Part shown: one piece after another, positions 10,483-20,800 of the stretch
Layout: every line of letters starts with the position of its first letter
Position numbering within the stretch: position 1 is the stretch's first letter
Assembly (NCBI GenBank): GCA_963555825.3
Contig: CAUVXB020000002.1
Span: forward strand, 1,696,001-1,760,000
Direction: 5' to 3'
DNA: 64,000 nucleotides
Origin: Alphaproteobacteria bacterium
GTDB lineage: Bacteria; Pseudomonadota; Alphaproteobacteria; JAAXGF01
Translations under genes and position numbers: made by a program
The notes under the pieces: generated by a model
Database searches by the model: none
What the model was told of the DNA's origin: nothing
What the model saw: the letters and a program-made list of their open reading frames with translations, nothing else

Positions 10483-10542
10483 CTCCTCTCCAACGGCCCA
10501 AGACTAACATTCCGCCTGGGCCAGGTTTTGGGGGGCAGGTCA
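10483..10542 (-). mobile_element. Left end of the IS407-group element
   Basis: Minus strand TGACCTGCCCCCC IR plus GAGGAGG RBS; matches right IR GGGGGCAGGCCA ending at 25508. Confidence 0.85.
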
Positions 10543-12683
10543 ACGTCGTAGGGGCAGTTGCGCTGACAATTGCCGCAGCCGATACAGGCATCGCTGATGA
10601 ATACCTCGCCGTTGGGCGCGCGGTGGATCGCGTCGGGCGGGCAGTCGGCCATGCAATGGGGATGCTCGCAGTGCCGGCACGAGGTCGGCACGTGGACGTT
10701 GGCGAAGGTCGGGCCGGCCTCGCGGTTCAGCCGCGAGATGCCGCCGTGGGTCTCGGCGCAGGCCTTCTCGCAGTTGTCGCAGCGCACGCACAGGCTCTCG
10801 TCGATGAGCAGCACGTCGGTCGCCTCGCCGATGCCCTGAGCGATGAGGAATTCAATGATGCCGCCGGCATCGCCCATGCGCTCCATCTTCTCGGATTGCA
10901 CGATGCCGTCGCGGACCTCGCTCTCGATAGACCCGCGCAGCGTCGCATTGCGTTCGAGCAGCCGCAGGAAGGCGGCGCCGTTGATGTTGATCGTCTCGGT
11001 CGCCACGGCGGCGCGCACGGTGGCCGAGCGCTTGGCCTTCGAGACCAGCGCCATCTCGCCGACGTAGTGGCCGACCGGCACATAGGCGAGCACGATGTCC
11101 TTGCCGCCGATGCGTCGCGAGATGGTGACCGAGCCGCGCCGGATGAGGTACACCGTATCGCCTTCGTCACCCTGATCGAACAGCACCTGGTTCTGCTTGA
11201 AGTGCTCGATGGTCGCCGACTCGACGATTTCAGCGAGGTCCTCGGCCGAGGCGCCCGGCGCCAGGTAGGTCTGGATCTGGCGCACGATCGCGGCCTGATC
11301 GATGACGCGTTTGACCGTTTCGACCGAGTTGATCAGCTTGATCATCGTGCGGCGCGGCACCTCGAGCAGGAAAGCGTCCTCGGTCGCGCGCACCGTCGCC
11401 GTGCGCCGCCGGCCGGCGATCAGGCCCATCTCACCGAAGAACTCGCCCTGGCCGCGCCCCACCACCTTCGACGGGTCCTCCGAATCGATCTCGATGCCGA
11501 CGGCGCCACCGACGATCGCGAAGAAGGTCGTCGTGAAGTCGTTGCGCTCGAAGACGATTTCGCCCGGCTGCAAACGATGGATCGTCGCTTCCAGCATGAG
11601 CTCGCGCAGCATCAACGGATTGAGCTCGGAGAACATTGGCACGCGTTCGCGGATCGTCGCCAACACCTCGTCGACCTCGACATCGCCGAGCACCTTGAAA
11701 CGCTCCTCGAGGAGCGGCTCGTCGGCCGGCTTGATGTCGTTGCCCAGGATCGACTCAATGACCTCGTAACCCTGGTTCATCGCTTGCTTGATCAGCGGGT
11801 AGCCACCCAGCGCGCCGATGATGTAGAGGCCGGGAACGTTTGATTCATATGTCGAGCTCACCTCGGGCAGCGCCGTCGGGGCCTTCGACGGAAACTCGAT
11901 GCCACAGCCCTCGACGAAGCGCCGCGGCGCCACCGCGCCGAGGCGCGCGATGACGCGGTCGCATTTCACCTCGATGTCGCCCTCGGGGGTTCCCATGGTG
12001 ATCGAACCGGCCGGGTCGACACTGGTCGGCGAGGCCGAATACATACAGCTCAACAACCCCTTTTCGATCGAGTCGGTGATCAGCGAGACGTTGCCGTCCT
12101 TGGCGCGCGCGAACTCGTCGCGCCGGTTGACGATGATGACTGTGTTCTGCTTGGCCAGCGCCACCGCGTTCTCGATCGCGGCGTCGCCGGCGCCGATGAC
12201 GATGATGGTCTCGGCCTCGTACTCGTCGGGGTCATCGAGTTGATTTTGGATGAACGTCGCCTCTTCCGCGCCCGGCACCTCGACCTTGCGCAGGTTGCCC
12301 TGCAGTCCGATGCCCATGACCACGTTGTCGGCGGTCACCGTCTCGCCGTTCGAGAGCGTGATCTCGAAGCCGCCGCGCTCGCCCGTGATGCCGGTGATCT
12401 CGGTGTTGAAGCGGACGTTGACCTTGTTCGACTCGAGCTGGTCGTCCCAGGTGCCGAGGATATCCTCGCGGACGCCGAGCTCGAACGAGAATTCGCTGCG
12501 CAGTGGCAAGACGTCCGGCGTCGCCATGACCAGCTTGCCCTTCTGGTACTTGTAGATCGTGTCCGAGGCGTGGTCGGCCTTTTCAAAGAGAACATGCGTG
12601 ACGCCCTGTTGGGCGGCGCGGCCGGCGGCGCTCATGCCGCCCGGGCCCGACCCGACGACTGCAATCTGAAAATGCTCGGCCAT
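10543..12683 (-). pseudogene. FAD-dependent thioredoxin-reductase-like / 2x cNMP-binding / 4Fe-4S protein, C-terminally truncated
   Basis: GSGPGG and GAGDAA nucleotide motifs, two GEM..RxATV cNMP domains, CVRCDNCEKAC, CRHCEHPHC, CIGCGNCQRNCP; sequence after CPYDV is IS-derived. Confidence 0.85.
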
Positions 12684-12993
12684 CTAATGATCTACCGCTT
12701 GTCGCGGCATACTCCCCCGTGGACGTCGACCGTTATCGTGGGTCCGCGTTACCGGTGCCGAACCCTTATCCGACAGCGTATGTACGCCACCGTGTCATGG
12801 CAACAATTAATCCCGCCTTTATACGACATGCGGTGTCCGACGGGGGGCCCAAGTACCACTCGGCCGGGTCGACGCGGCCGCCCGTGATCGGGCATCGGAT
12901 GTTTGGCTGCCATCGCCGCGGGTTTCGGGCTATCAAGGTATTGGGCGACCGGGGCCGATGGCGTGACGGGTCGCCGCTAGCGAGGACACACCC

Positions 12994-14214
12994 ATGTTCC
13001 CCCTGTCCCATATGCTCAAGTCCTTCGTGCGCGTCGGCGCCCTGACGGTGATCGACGCCGATGGCGCCAGACATGTCTTCGGCGGCACGCCGGGGCCCAC
13101 CGTGACGATGCGTCTGTCCGACCGTTCGCTTTACCGGAAGCTCTTCTCCAACCCCGAACTGCACGCCGGCGAGGCCTATATGAACGGCACGATGCGTTTC
13201 GAGGACGGTGGCCTGCGCGACTTCCTGACGTTGTTTTCGGTCAACCGCCGCGCGCTCGGCGCCTATCCGCTGCAGAACGCGCTGCGGCGCGTCTCGCGCA
13301 TGCTCAAACGCTTCCAGCAGGCCAATCCGATCGGCCGGGCGCAGCGCAACGTGGCGCATCACTACGATCTGGGAAACGAATTCTACGCCCTCTTCCTGGA
13401 CCGCGACATGCACTACTCCTGCGGCTATTTCATGGCTGCCGACGACAGCCTGGAAGACGCCCAGCGTAACAAGTGCCGATTGCTGGCGGCCAAGCTCGGC
13501 CTGCGGCCCGGCCACCGAATTCTCGATATCGGCTGCGGCTGGGGCGGCCTCGGGCTCTATCTCGCGGGCCTCGAGGACGTCGAGATCCTGGGCGTCACGC
13601 TGTCGCGCGAGCAGCACGCGCTGGCGACCGAGCGGGCGCGCCGCGCCGGCCTCGACGACCGGGCCAAATTCGAACTGCGCGACTACCGCGAGGTATCCGG
13701 CCGCTTCGACCGGATCGTCTCGGTCGGTATGTTCGAGCACGTCGGCGTCCACCACTACGGCGAGTTCTTCGCCAAGATCAACGAGCTGATCGAGGACGAC
13801 GGCCTGGCCGTGCTGCATTCGATCGGCCATATGAGCCCGCCCGGCACGGCCAGCCCGTGGTTACGCAAGTACATCTTTCCCGGCGCCTATTCGCCGGCGC
13901 TCTCCGAGGTGTTCGCCGCGGTCGAACAGCATAGCCTCTGGGTCACTGATCTCGAGTTCCTGCGCATCCATTACGCCGAGACGCTGGCGCATTGGTGCCA
14001 GCGCTTCGACGCCAACCGTGCCGAGATCGCGGCGTTGTACGACGAGAGGTTCTGCCGCATGTGGGAGTTCTACCTGATCAGCGCCGAGATGATGTTCCGG
14101 ACCGGCAGCCAACTGGTCTTTCACATGCAGCTGGCGCGCCAGCGCGACGCCGCGCCAATCACGCGCGACTACGTCACCGACACGCAGCGGCGCTACAAAG
14201 AGATCGAGAGCTAG
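12994..14214 (+). CDS. cfa: Cyclopropane-fatty-acyl-phospholipid synthase family methyltransferase
   Basis: HHYDLGNEFY, LDIGCGWGG, VSVGMFEHVG, YIFPG, RMWEFYL; stop TAG coincides with IS630 target. Confidence 0.9.
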   Translation: MFPLSHMLKSFVRVGALTVIDADGARHVFGGTPGPTVTMRLSDRSLYRKLFSNPELHAGEAYMNGTMRFEDGGLRDFLTLFSVNRRALGAYPLQNALRRVSRMLKRFQQANPIGRAQRNVAHHYDLGNEFYALFLDRDMHYSCGYFMAADDSLEDAQRNKCRLLAAKLGLRPGHRILDIGCGWGGLGLYLAGLEDVEILGVTLSREQHALATERARRAGLDDRAKFELRDYREVSGRFDRIVSVGMFEHVGVHHYGEFFAKINELIEDDGLAVLHSIGHMSPPGTASPWLRKYIFPGAYSPALSEVFAAVEQHSLWVTDLEFLRIHYAETLAHWCQRFDANRAEIAALYDERFCRMWEFYLISAEMMFRTGSQLVFHMQLARQRDAAPITRDYVTDTQRRYKEIES

Positions 14215-15395
14215 TGTCCTGATCGATAAATTGATATGATTATGTCTCTATTTGTTTTTAGGAGGCGCGATTGATGGCGAGAGTGGCGGTGACGATCTCT
14301 TTGAGCGATGACGAGCGCGCCGAATTGGAGGCGCTGTCTCGTCGTCGCAAGACGTCGCAGGGGCTTGCGCGGCGGGCTCGGATCGTCTTGGCGGCGGCGG
14401 AAGGGTTGGAGAACAAGGAGATCGCCGTTCGTCTCGAGGCGAGCGCGGACACCGTGGGCAAGTGGCGTCGCCGCTATGCGGCGGAGGGCCTCGACGGTCT
14501 GTACGACGAACCCCGCCCCGGCGCGCCGCGTCAAATCGGCGATGACGCCATCGCGGAAGCGGTCCGGCTGACGCTGGAAGAGACGCCGCCGGACGCGACC
14601 CATTGGAGCCTTCGCTCGATGGCGCGGGCGAGCGGCCACGCGCCCTCGACCATTCATCGCATCTGGCGGGCCTTCGGCTTGCAGCCGCATCGCTCGGAGA
14701 CCTTCAAGCTGTCGAGCGATCCCTTCTTCGTGGAGAAGGTCCGCGACATCGTCGGTCTGTATTTGGCGCCGCCGGATCGTGCCCTGGTTCTCTGTGTCGA
14801 CGAAAAGAGCCAGATCCAGGCCCTGGACCGTTCCCAGCCCCTCTTGCCGATGCGCCCCGGGCAGGCGGAGCGGCGCAGCCACGACTACAAGCGCCACGGC
14901 ACGACCTCTCTCTTCGCGGCCCTCGACATCGCCACGGGAGAGATCATCGGCAAATGTTTCCCGCGCCATCGGGCCCGAGAGTTCCGCAAATTCCTCGACC
15001 TCGTCGAGGCGAACGTCCCTGCTGATCTCGACATCCACATCGTCATGGACAACTACGGGACCCACAAGACCAAGGCGATCCGCGACTGGTTCGCCAAACG
15101 GCCGCGCTGGCAGGCCCATTTCACACCCACCAGCGCCTCCTGGCTGAACCAGGTCGAGCGCTGGTTCGGGCTGCTGACCGACAAGCAGATCAGGCGCGGC
15201 GTCCATCGCTCCACCAAGGAGTTGGAGCGCACCATCCTCGACTACATCGACACGACAAACCAGAACCCCAAACCCTTCAAATGGACCAAATCCGCCGATG
15301 ACATCCTCGGCGCCATCCAGCGCTTCTGCCTCCGAACAATCGAAATCGCTGAACAGCAGGCGAAAATCATGCGAACTTCGGAATCGGGACACTAG
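14211..15395 (+). mobile_element. IS630-family element type A, copy 2 (complete)
   Basis: CTAG-TGTCC...GGACA-CTAG; single transposase 14274-15395. Confidence 0.95.
14274..15395 (+). CDS. IS630 transposase
   Basis: HTH plus [21 protein letters not shown]. Confidence 0.95.
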   Translation: MARVAVTISLSDDERAELEALSRRRKTSQGLARRARIVLAAAEGLENKEIAVRLEASADTVGKWRRRYAAEGLDGLYDEPRPGAPRQIGDDAIAEAVRLTLEETPPDATHWSLRSMARASGHAPSTIHRIWRAFGLQPHRSETFKLSSDPFFVEKVRDIVGLYLAPPDRALVLCVDEKSQIQALDRSQPLLPMRPGQAERRSHDYKRHGTTSLFAALDIATGEIIGKCFPRHRAREFRKFLDLVEANVPADLDIHIVMDNYGTHKTKAIRDWFAKRPRWQAHFTPTSASWLNQVERWFGLLTDKQIRRGVHRSTKELERTILDYIDTTNQNPKPFKWTKSADDILGAIQRFCLRTIEIAEQQAKIMRTSESGH

Positions 15396-15554
15396 TTCAT
15401 TGTGCGGTCACCTTTGGCGACCCGCGCTCAAGCGCCGCGCATGCCAACCTTATGGGATAAAGACCGGCCGAACGGTCGGCGGCCCCCCCTCTTGTTCCAA
15501 TAAGGTTGGCGCGGACTGGCATAATCCAGCCGATTGGGATCGATCGGATAATGC

Positions 15555-16373
15555 TCAGGTGCCGACGCGCAGCGTGCCGACCAGGCCGCGCAGCGTGGCG
15601 ATGACGCTGAGCGGCGTCAGGCGGCCGGTGCGCGGATTTTCGGCCGAGGGCACCGATTCGATGGTCATCGAAAAGCGCGCCGCGTCGGCCTCGACGGCGA
15701 TCGAATGGCTGTTGCGCGTGACGCCCGGATCGGCCCAGATCTCGAGCCGCGTGCGTTCCGGCCCGATGCCCGCGAGGCTCAGCGCGGCGGCGACGTTGAG
15801 GCTGGCCGGAAAGGCCTTGGCCGCGGCGCCCGCCGGCCCATCGTAGATCTTGAGCGGCGCATCGAGGCCATCGAGCTCGATGCCGTGTTCGGCGAGATAG
15901 GGCGCGCCGGCGAGCGAGGCCGGCGGCTTGCGCGTCACCATGGTGACCGAGGCGATCTCGCCCTCGGCCGCCGCGCGCACCGCGTCGAGGCCGAGCAGCG
16001 CGCCGGTGGCGACGACGATGCGGCCGCCGTTCTCGGCCGCCAGGTCGACCAGGTCGAGTCGGTCGAGCAGCGCCCCGACGCTGACCACGACGGCGATGCG
16101 CCCGGCGCGCGCCACCGGCTCGACGATCGCTGCGAAGGCCGCCTGCGGGGCGCATTCGACGACGACGTCAGCGTGATCGGCGAGCGCGGCGACCGGCACG
16201 ACCTCGGGCGCCGATGCGAAGCCCGCGACACGCGCGCGCGCGCCGTCGAGATCGCGCGCCGACACCGCGCTCAACGCCAAGCCGTCGATGCCGGCGTCGA
16301 GCCGCCGCGCGACCGGCAGGCCGATCGCGCCGAGCCCGGCGATACCGACACGCAACGGCTCCCCCGAACGCAT
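15555..16373 (-). CDS. nadX: L-aspartate dehydrogenase family protein
   Basis: GIAGLGAIG, VVECAP, TRKPP, FPASLNVAA, NPRTG; start 2 nt after the M48 stop. Confidence 0.85.
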   Translation of the reverse strand: MRSGEPLRVGIAGLGAIGLPVARRLDAGIDGLALSAVSARDLDGARARVAGFASAPEVVPVAALADHADVVVECAPQAAFAAIVEPVARAGRIAVVVSVGALLDRLDLVDLAAENGGRIVVATGALLGLDAVRAAAEGEIASVTMVTRKPPASLAGAPYLAEHGIELDGLDAPLKIYDGPAGAAAKAFPASLNVAAALSLAGIGPERTRLEIWADPGVTRNSHSIAVEADAARFSMTIESVPSAENPRTGRLTPLSVIATLRGLVGTLRVGT

Positions 16374-16375
16374 GA

Positions 16376-17842
16376 TTACTCCTCGATTACCATCTTGATC
16401 AGCTGGCCGGCCACGACAGCGTCGTTCGGGCCGAACCCGTTGAGCGCGCGGAACTCGGCGTCCCTGTGCTCGGCGAATGGCAGACGCTCGGCGAGGCTCG
16501 CGACCGTGTCGCCCGGCGCGACCAGATCGATGATCAGGCGGTAGGGCTTGATGGCGCGCTTCTCGGCCACGGACAGGCGGCGGAAGCTGTAGGTCGCGCG
16601 CCGGAAGGCCTCGCCGAAACGGTCGGTGATCTGCGCCGGGGTGATGAACTGGAAACGATAGATGACGCCACGCGACATCTCGATCGCCACCAGACGCAGG
16701 TCGATCTTGCGGCCGTTCGGGTCGGTGACGCGCAGGTTGCCGGTCGCCGCCGCGAGGCCGTTGACGTCGATCTTCCGCACGCCGCGCAGGGTCTGGCCCT
16801 TGCCCCATTCGTCGCGCAGATAGGCGAGCGCCGAGCGCGACTGGTGCCGGGGCGCCTGATCGAAGCGGATCAGCGGCCCGTCGGGGTGCCGCGCGATGAC
16901 CTCGGTCTGGCCGTTGAGCAAGTGGAATTCGGGCGGCGCCTCGAAGCGGATGCCGAGCCCCGGATGGATGAACGCCTGGCCGCGCACCAGCCCCTGCGCC
17001 GGGTCATCGCCGTAGAGAATGCCGTCGATCTTGCGCAGGTAGAGCCTGCGCTCGACCATCGGATCGTCGACCCGTACGCCGGCCGCCGCCTGGATCGTTC
17101 GCTCGACCCGCTCGGCGGTGCGCGGATGGGTCGCGAACAGGTCGAACGGGCCGCCGCCCGACACCGCCTGGCCGGCGATCTGCGCCGTGAACTTGGTGTG
17201 CGCGTCGAGCCTTCTCAGGAAGCTCGCCATGGCGCGCGGATCGTAGCCGGCCCGCACCATGGTCGGGATGGCGAGCTGGTCGGCCTCGTGCTCGTTGTCG
17301 CGCGAATAACTCTGCAATGCGACCACCGCGGCCGGCTCGAGCAATCCGGCGAGACCCGCGTACTGGGTGTCGCGGGCGACCGCGCCGAAGATCGACAGCA
17401 CACCCTGGGCGAGCATCGTGCGGCTGTAGCGCTTGGCGATGTGGCGCGCCGTGACGTGGCCGATCTCGTGACCGAGCACGCCGGCCAGCTCGGCCTCGTT
17501 GTCGGCCAGGGCCAACAGGCCGCGGGTGATGTAGAGATAGCCCGCCGGCAGGGCGAAGGCGTTGACCACCGGGCTGTTGAGGATGGTCACCCGATACTTG
17601 ATATCGGGCCGCTGGGAGGTCCGCCCGAGGAACGCTGCGATGCTGCCGACGTAGCGCGCCAGCACCGCATCGTCGTATTCGCCGCCGAACGCCTCGAGGA
17701 TCTTCGAGTGTTCGGCCTCGGCGAGCTCGCGCTCCTTGGCCTCGGGCAACACCAGATCGGTGAAGAAGTCGCCCTGCGCCAACGCCGGCACAGGGGCGCC
17801 GAGGGCGAGACCAAGCCCAAGGATGAGTGCGGCGCGCCGCAT
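16376..17842 (-). CDS. M48 metalloprotease with C-terminal LysM-like domain
   Basis: Signal peptide ALA-Q; VNAFALPAG, HEIGH, EHEAD, THP; VAPGDTVASLA. Confidence 0.9.
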   Translation of the reverse strand: MRRAALILGLGLALGAPVPALAQGDFFTDLVLPEAKERELAEAEHSKILEAFGGEYDDAVLARYVGSIAAFLGRTSQRPDIKYRVTILNSPVVNAFALPAGYLYITRGLLALADNEAELAGVLGHEIGHVTARHIAKRYSRTMLAQGVLSIFGAVARDTQYAGLAGLLEPAAVVALQSYSRDNEHEADQLAIPTMVRAGYDPRAMASFLRRLDAHTKFTAQIAGQAVSGGGPFDLFATHPRTAERVERTIQAAAGVRVDDPMVERRLYLRKIDGILYGDDPAQGLVRGQAFIHPGLGIRFEAPPEFHLLNGQTEVIARHPDGPLIRFDQAPRHQSRSALAYLRDEWGKGQTLRGVRKIDVNGLAAATGNLRVTDPNGRKIDLRLVAIEMSRGVIYRFQFITPAQITDRFGEAFRRATYSFRRLSVAEKRAIKPYRLIIDLVAPGDTVASLAERLPFAEHRDAEFRALNGFGPNDAVVAGQLIKMVIEE

Positions 17843-17853
17843 GACCCGGCCCG

Positions 17854-20800
17854 TCAGTTGCCGAACAGGCTCTTTAGCGCCTCGCCGGCGTCCTCGATTA
17901 TCTTTCCGGGTATCTCTTCGGGCGCGACCGACTCTTGCTCGGCCGGCTCCTCGGCGCCCGACGTGTCGCTCGATCCGCCACCCAGTATACCCTCGATGAG
18001 GCCGCCGACACCGGACGACTCCTCGTCCGAGCCGCCGCCGATCACCGCGTCGAGGATGCCGCCGATGCCCTCGCCGTCACCGCCGCCGAGACCGGGCAGC
18101 GGCAGGTCGACGCCGAAGCCCTTGGCCGCGTCGAGCATGTCTGCCGGCATGGCGGCGAGCCGCGCGGGATCGAGCGCCGCGGCGGCCAGCACCGCGCCCC
18201 AGTCGATGCCGTAGGACGGATCGGCCCAGGGACCCGAGATAACGACCGGGATCGGCAGGCCGCCCAAGGCGGCGTCGCCGCCCTGGCCCTCGGTCGAGGC
18301 GACCAGCTTGAGCTCGGCTTTGTAGTCGACGGTCTGCGGTGGCATCGGCACGAGACCAGCGCCGGTGACGCGCACGAGCGGCGCCAACATCTGGAAATCG
18401 CGGTTCTCCAACAGGCCGTTGACGATGTTGAAGGTGCCGCTGATCTCGGCGAAGTCGGTCTTCTGGGGCGGACCGTCCTCGCCCATGCCCAGACTGCCCA
18501 TGCTCCTGATCGTCTCGGCGATGTCGATGCCGTGGATCGCGCCGTCGAGTATCTTGAAGCCACCGCCGCCGTTCAGCGTCTCGACGATCTGCTTCTGGTT
18601 GGCGCCGACCGCCTGGCCGTTGGCGTTGAAGTGGACCGTGCCGCTCAGCTGGTCGGTGTCAGCGAACGCCTTCAAGAGCGCCAGCGCCTGCACGTTGGCG
18701 ACTGTCGCCTGATAGGCAAGCGCCGCCTGGGGCCGCGAGGCGTCGACCGTGACCTTGGTGTCGATCGTGCCGCCAGCCATGCCGAGCTTGTCGATCGCGG
18801 CGTTCAAGACGCCGTTCAGCATGGTCACGGTGATCACGCCGTTCTCGATCGCGATATCCTTGTAGACGATCTTGCCGATCGTGATCCTGGCCTCGTCGTT
18901 GGCTTGGCTGAGCGGCGAGAAGTCGATCGGCTCCTCGCTCCAGCCCTGAGACTTCTTCTCTCCGGCCGGCGCGGCTTCCGTCTCGGCCGCTTCCTCACCC
19001 TCCTTCTCGGGCGGCAGATAGGCGTCCAAGTTGGCCAGCTCGACGACCACGTCGGCGGCGAACTGGGCGACGTCGCCCGAGCCGTCGAAGCTGCCCTTGG
19101 CGTTGACCTTGAGCGCTTTGCCCTCGATCGTCGCCTCGTTGAGCGCGACCTTGGCGCCGTCGGCGGCGAGCGCCGCGTGCACCTTGAGCGGGCCCGGATC
19201 GGGCTGCGACGCATCGAGCGGCTGACCGAGCCATGCGGCGAGCTCGCCGACCGACGACACGTCGAGGTCGAAGGCGCCGTCGAGGCCGAACACCGGCTGC
19301 TGCTGCACGGCGCCGGCATAGGCGACGCTAATCAGTTTCGAAGCGAGCCGGGCGTCGATATTGAACCGTTCGCCGGCGAGCACCGTCTTGAGCGGGTCGA
19401 GCTTGAGCGCGACGTCGATACGCTCGGCGTTGTAGACGACGCCGGCCTCGATGCTCGACGGGCTCTCGACGCCCGGCATGTCAAGCGCCAGACTGATCTC
19501 CGAAACCGGCACCGGCGCGATCTTGACGTCGACCTCGCCGAGGGCGACGGCGAACTTGCCGACGAGGCTCTCGACCAGGGCGCGCGGATTGGCGCCCTCG
19601 CCGCGCGCCTCGATGTCGCTCGACAGGATGCCGGCGACCGGCGCCATGCCGATCGCCGCCTCCGCCAGCGCGCCGACGTCGACGTTGTCGACCGCCAGCG
19701 CCAGCGCGACGCCGAGCACGTCGGTCGCGCCGTCGAGCTTGATCGTGCCCTTGACGTTGCCGCCATAGAGCGCGAGCTCGCTCAAATTTATGTCGAGCAT
19801 GCCGGCCTTGAGCGTGGTCGCCAGCGCGACGCGGCCGAGCTCGAAGCCCTTCGCCTTGACGCCGCCGAGCGCGACAGTGATGTCGGCCTCGGCTTGGCGC
19901 AGGCCCGAGAGGTCGAAGGGCTCTTCGGGAATACCGGCCAGCGCGTCGCCGGGGCCCTCTGGGGCCTCGGTCGGCGCGGCCGCCTCGGCCGGTTCATCGG
20001 CCGGCGGCGGCAGGTAGCGGTCGATGTCGAGCACGCCCGCTTCGACGTTGAGGACGATCTTGGCAATCTCGCCCGAGTCGTCGAAACTGCCGGACGCCGT
20101 GGCGTCGAGCGCCTCGCCCTCGATCGTCGCCTCTTTCAAGACGACCTTGGCGCCATCGGCGGCAAGTACCGCGTGCAACTTGAGCGGACCGGGGTCGGGC
20201 TGCGACGCGTCGAGCGGCTGACCGAGCCAGGCGGCTAGCTTGCCGACCGACGGCACGTCGAGCTCGAAAGTGCCATCGAGGCCGGGCACCGGCTGCTGCT
20301 GCACGGCGCCGTCGTAGGCCAAATTGATGCGCTTCGAGGCGATTGCGGCGGTCAGCGCGAACGTCTCGCCCGCGAGCACCTTGCCGAGCGGGTCGAGGGT
20401 GACGTCGAGGTCGACCCGCTGCATGTTGTAGACGACGCTGCCCTTGATGCTCGGCGGGCTCTCGAGGCCCGGCAGGGCGATCGCCAGCTTGACTTCGGAA
20501 ATCGCGCCGACCGGCGCGTCCTTGACGTCGATGCCGCCGAGATCGACGGTGACGTTGCCGGCCAGGCTTTCGACCAGGGCGCGCGGGTTGGCGCCCTTGC
20601 CGGTCGCCGCCACGGTGGTCGCCAGGATGCCGGCGACCGGTGTCTCGCCGGTCGCGGCCTTGACGAGCGCGCCGACGTCGACGCCAGCGACCGCCAAGTT
20701 CACGGCGACGCTCAGTTCGTCGGTCGCACCGTCGAGGTTGACCGTGCCCGTGACGTTGCCGCCATAGAGCCCGAGTTCGCTCAAATTGACGTCCAGAACG

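Noticed and set aside
1-15395. Direct IS630-A copies 1 and 2 as a composite transposon
   Set aside because: Copy 2 lies inside the inverted segment, so orientation is secondary, and shared CTAG flanks are uninformative
17935-20238. Long antisense ORFs (also 28775-31108, 39607-42663, 44306-46348, 16466-18214)
   Set aside because: Shadow frames of GC-rich genes; no motifs or RBS
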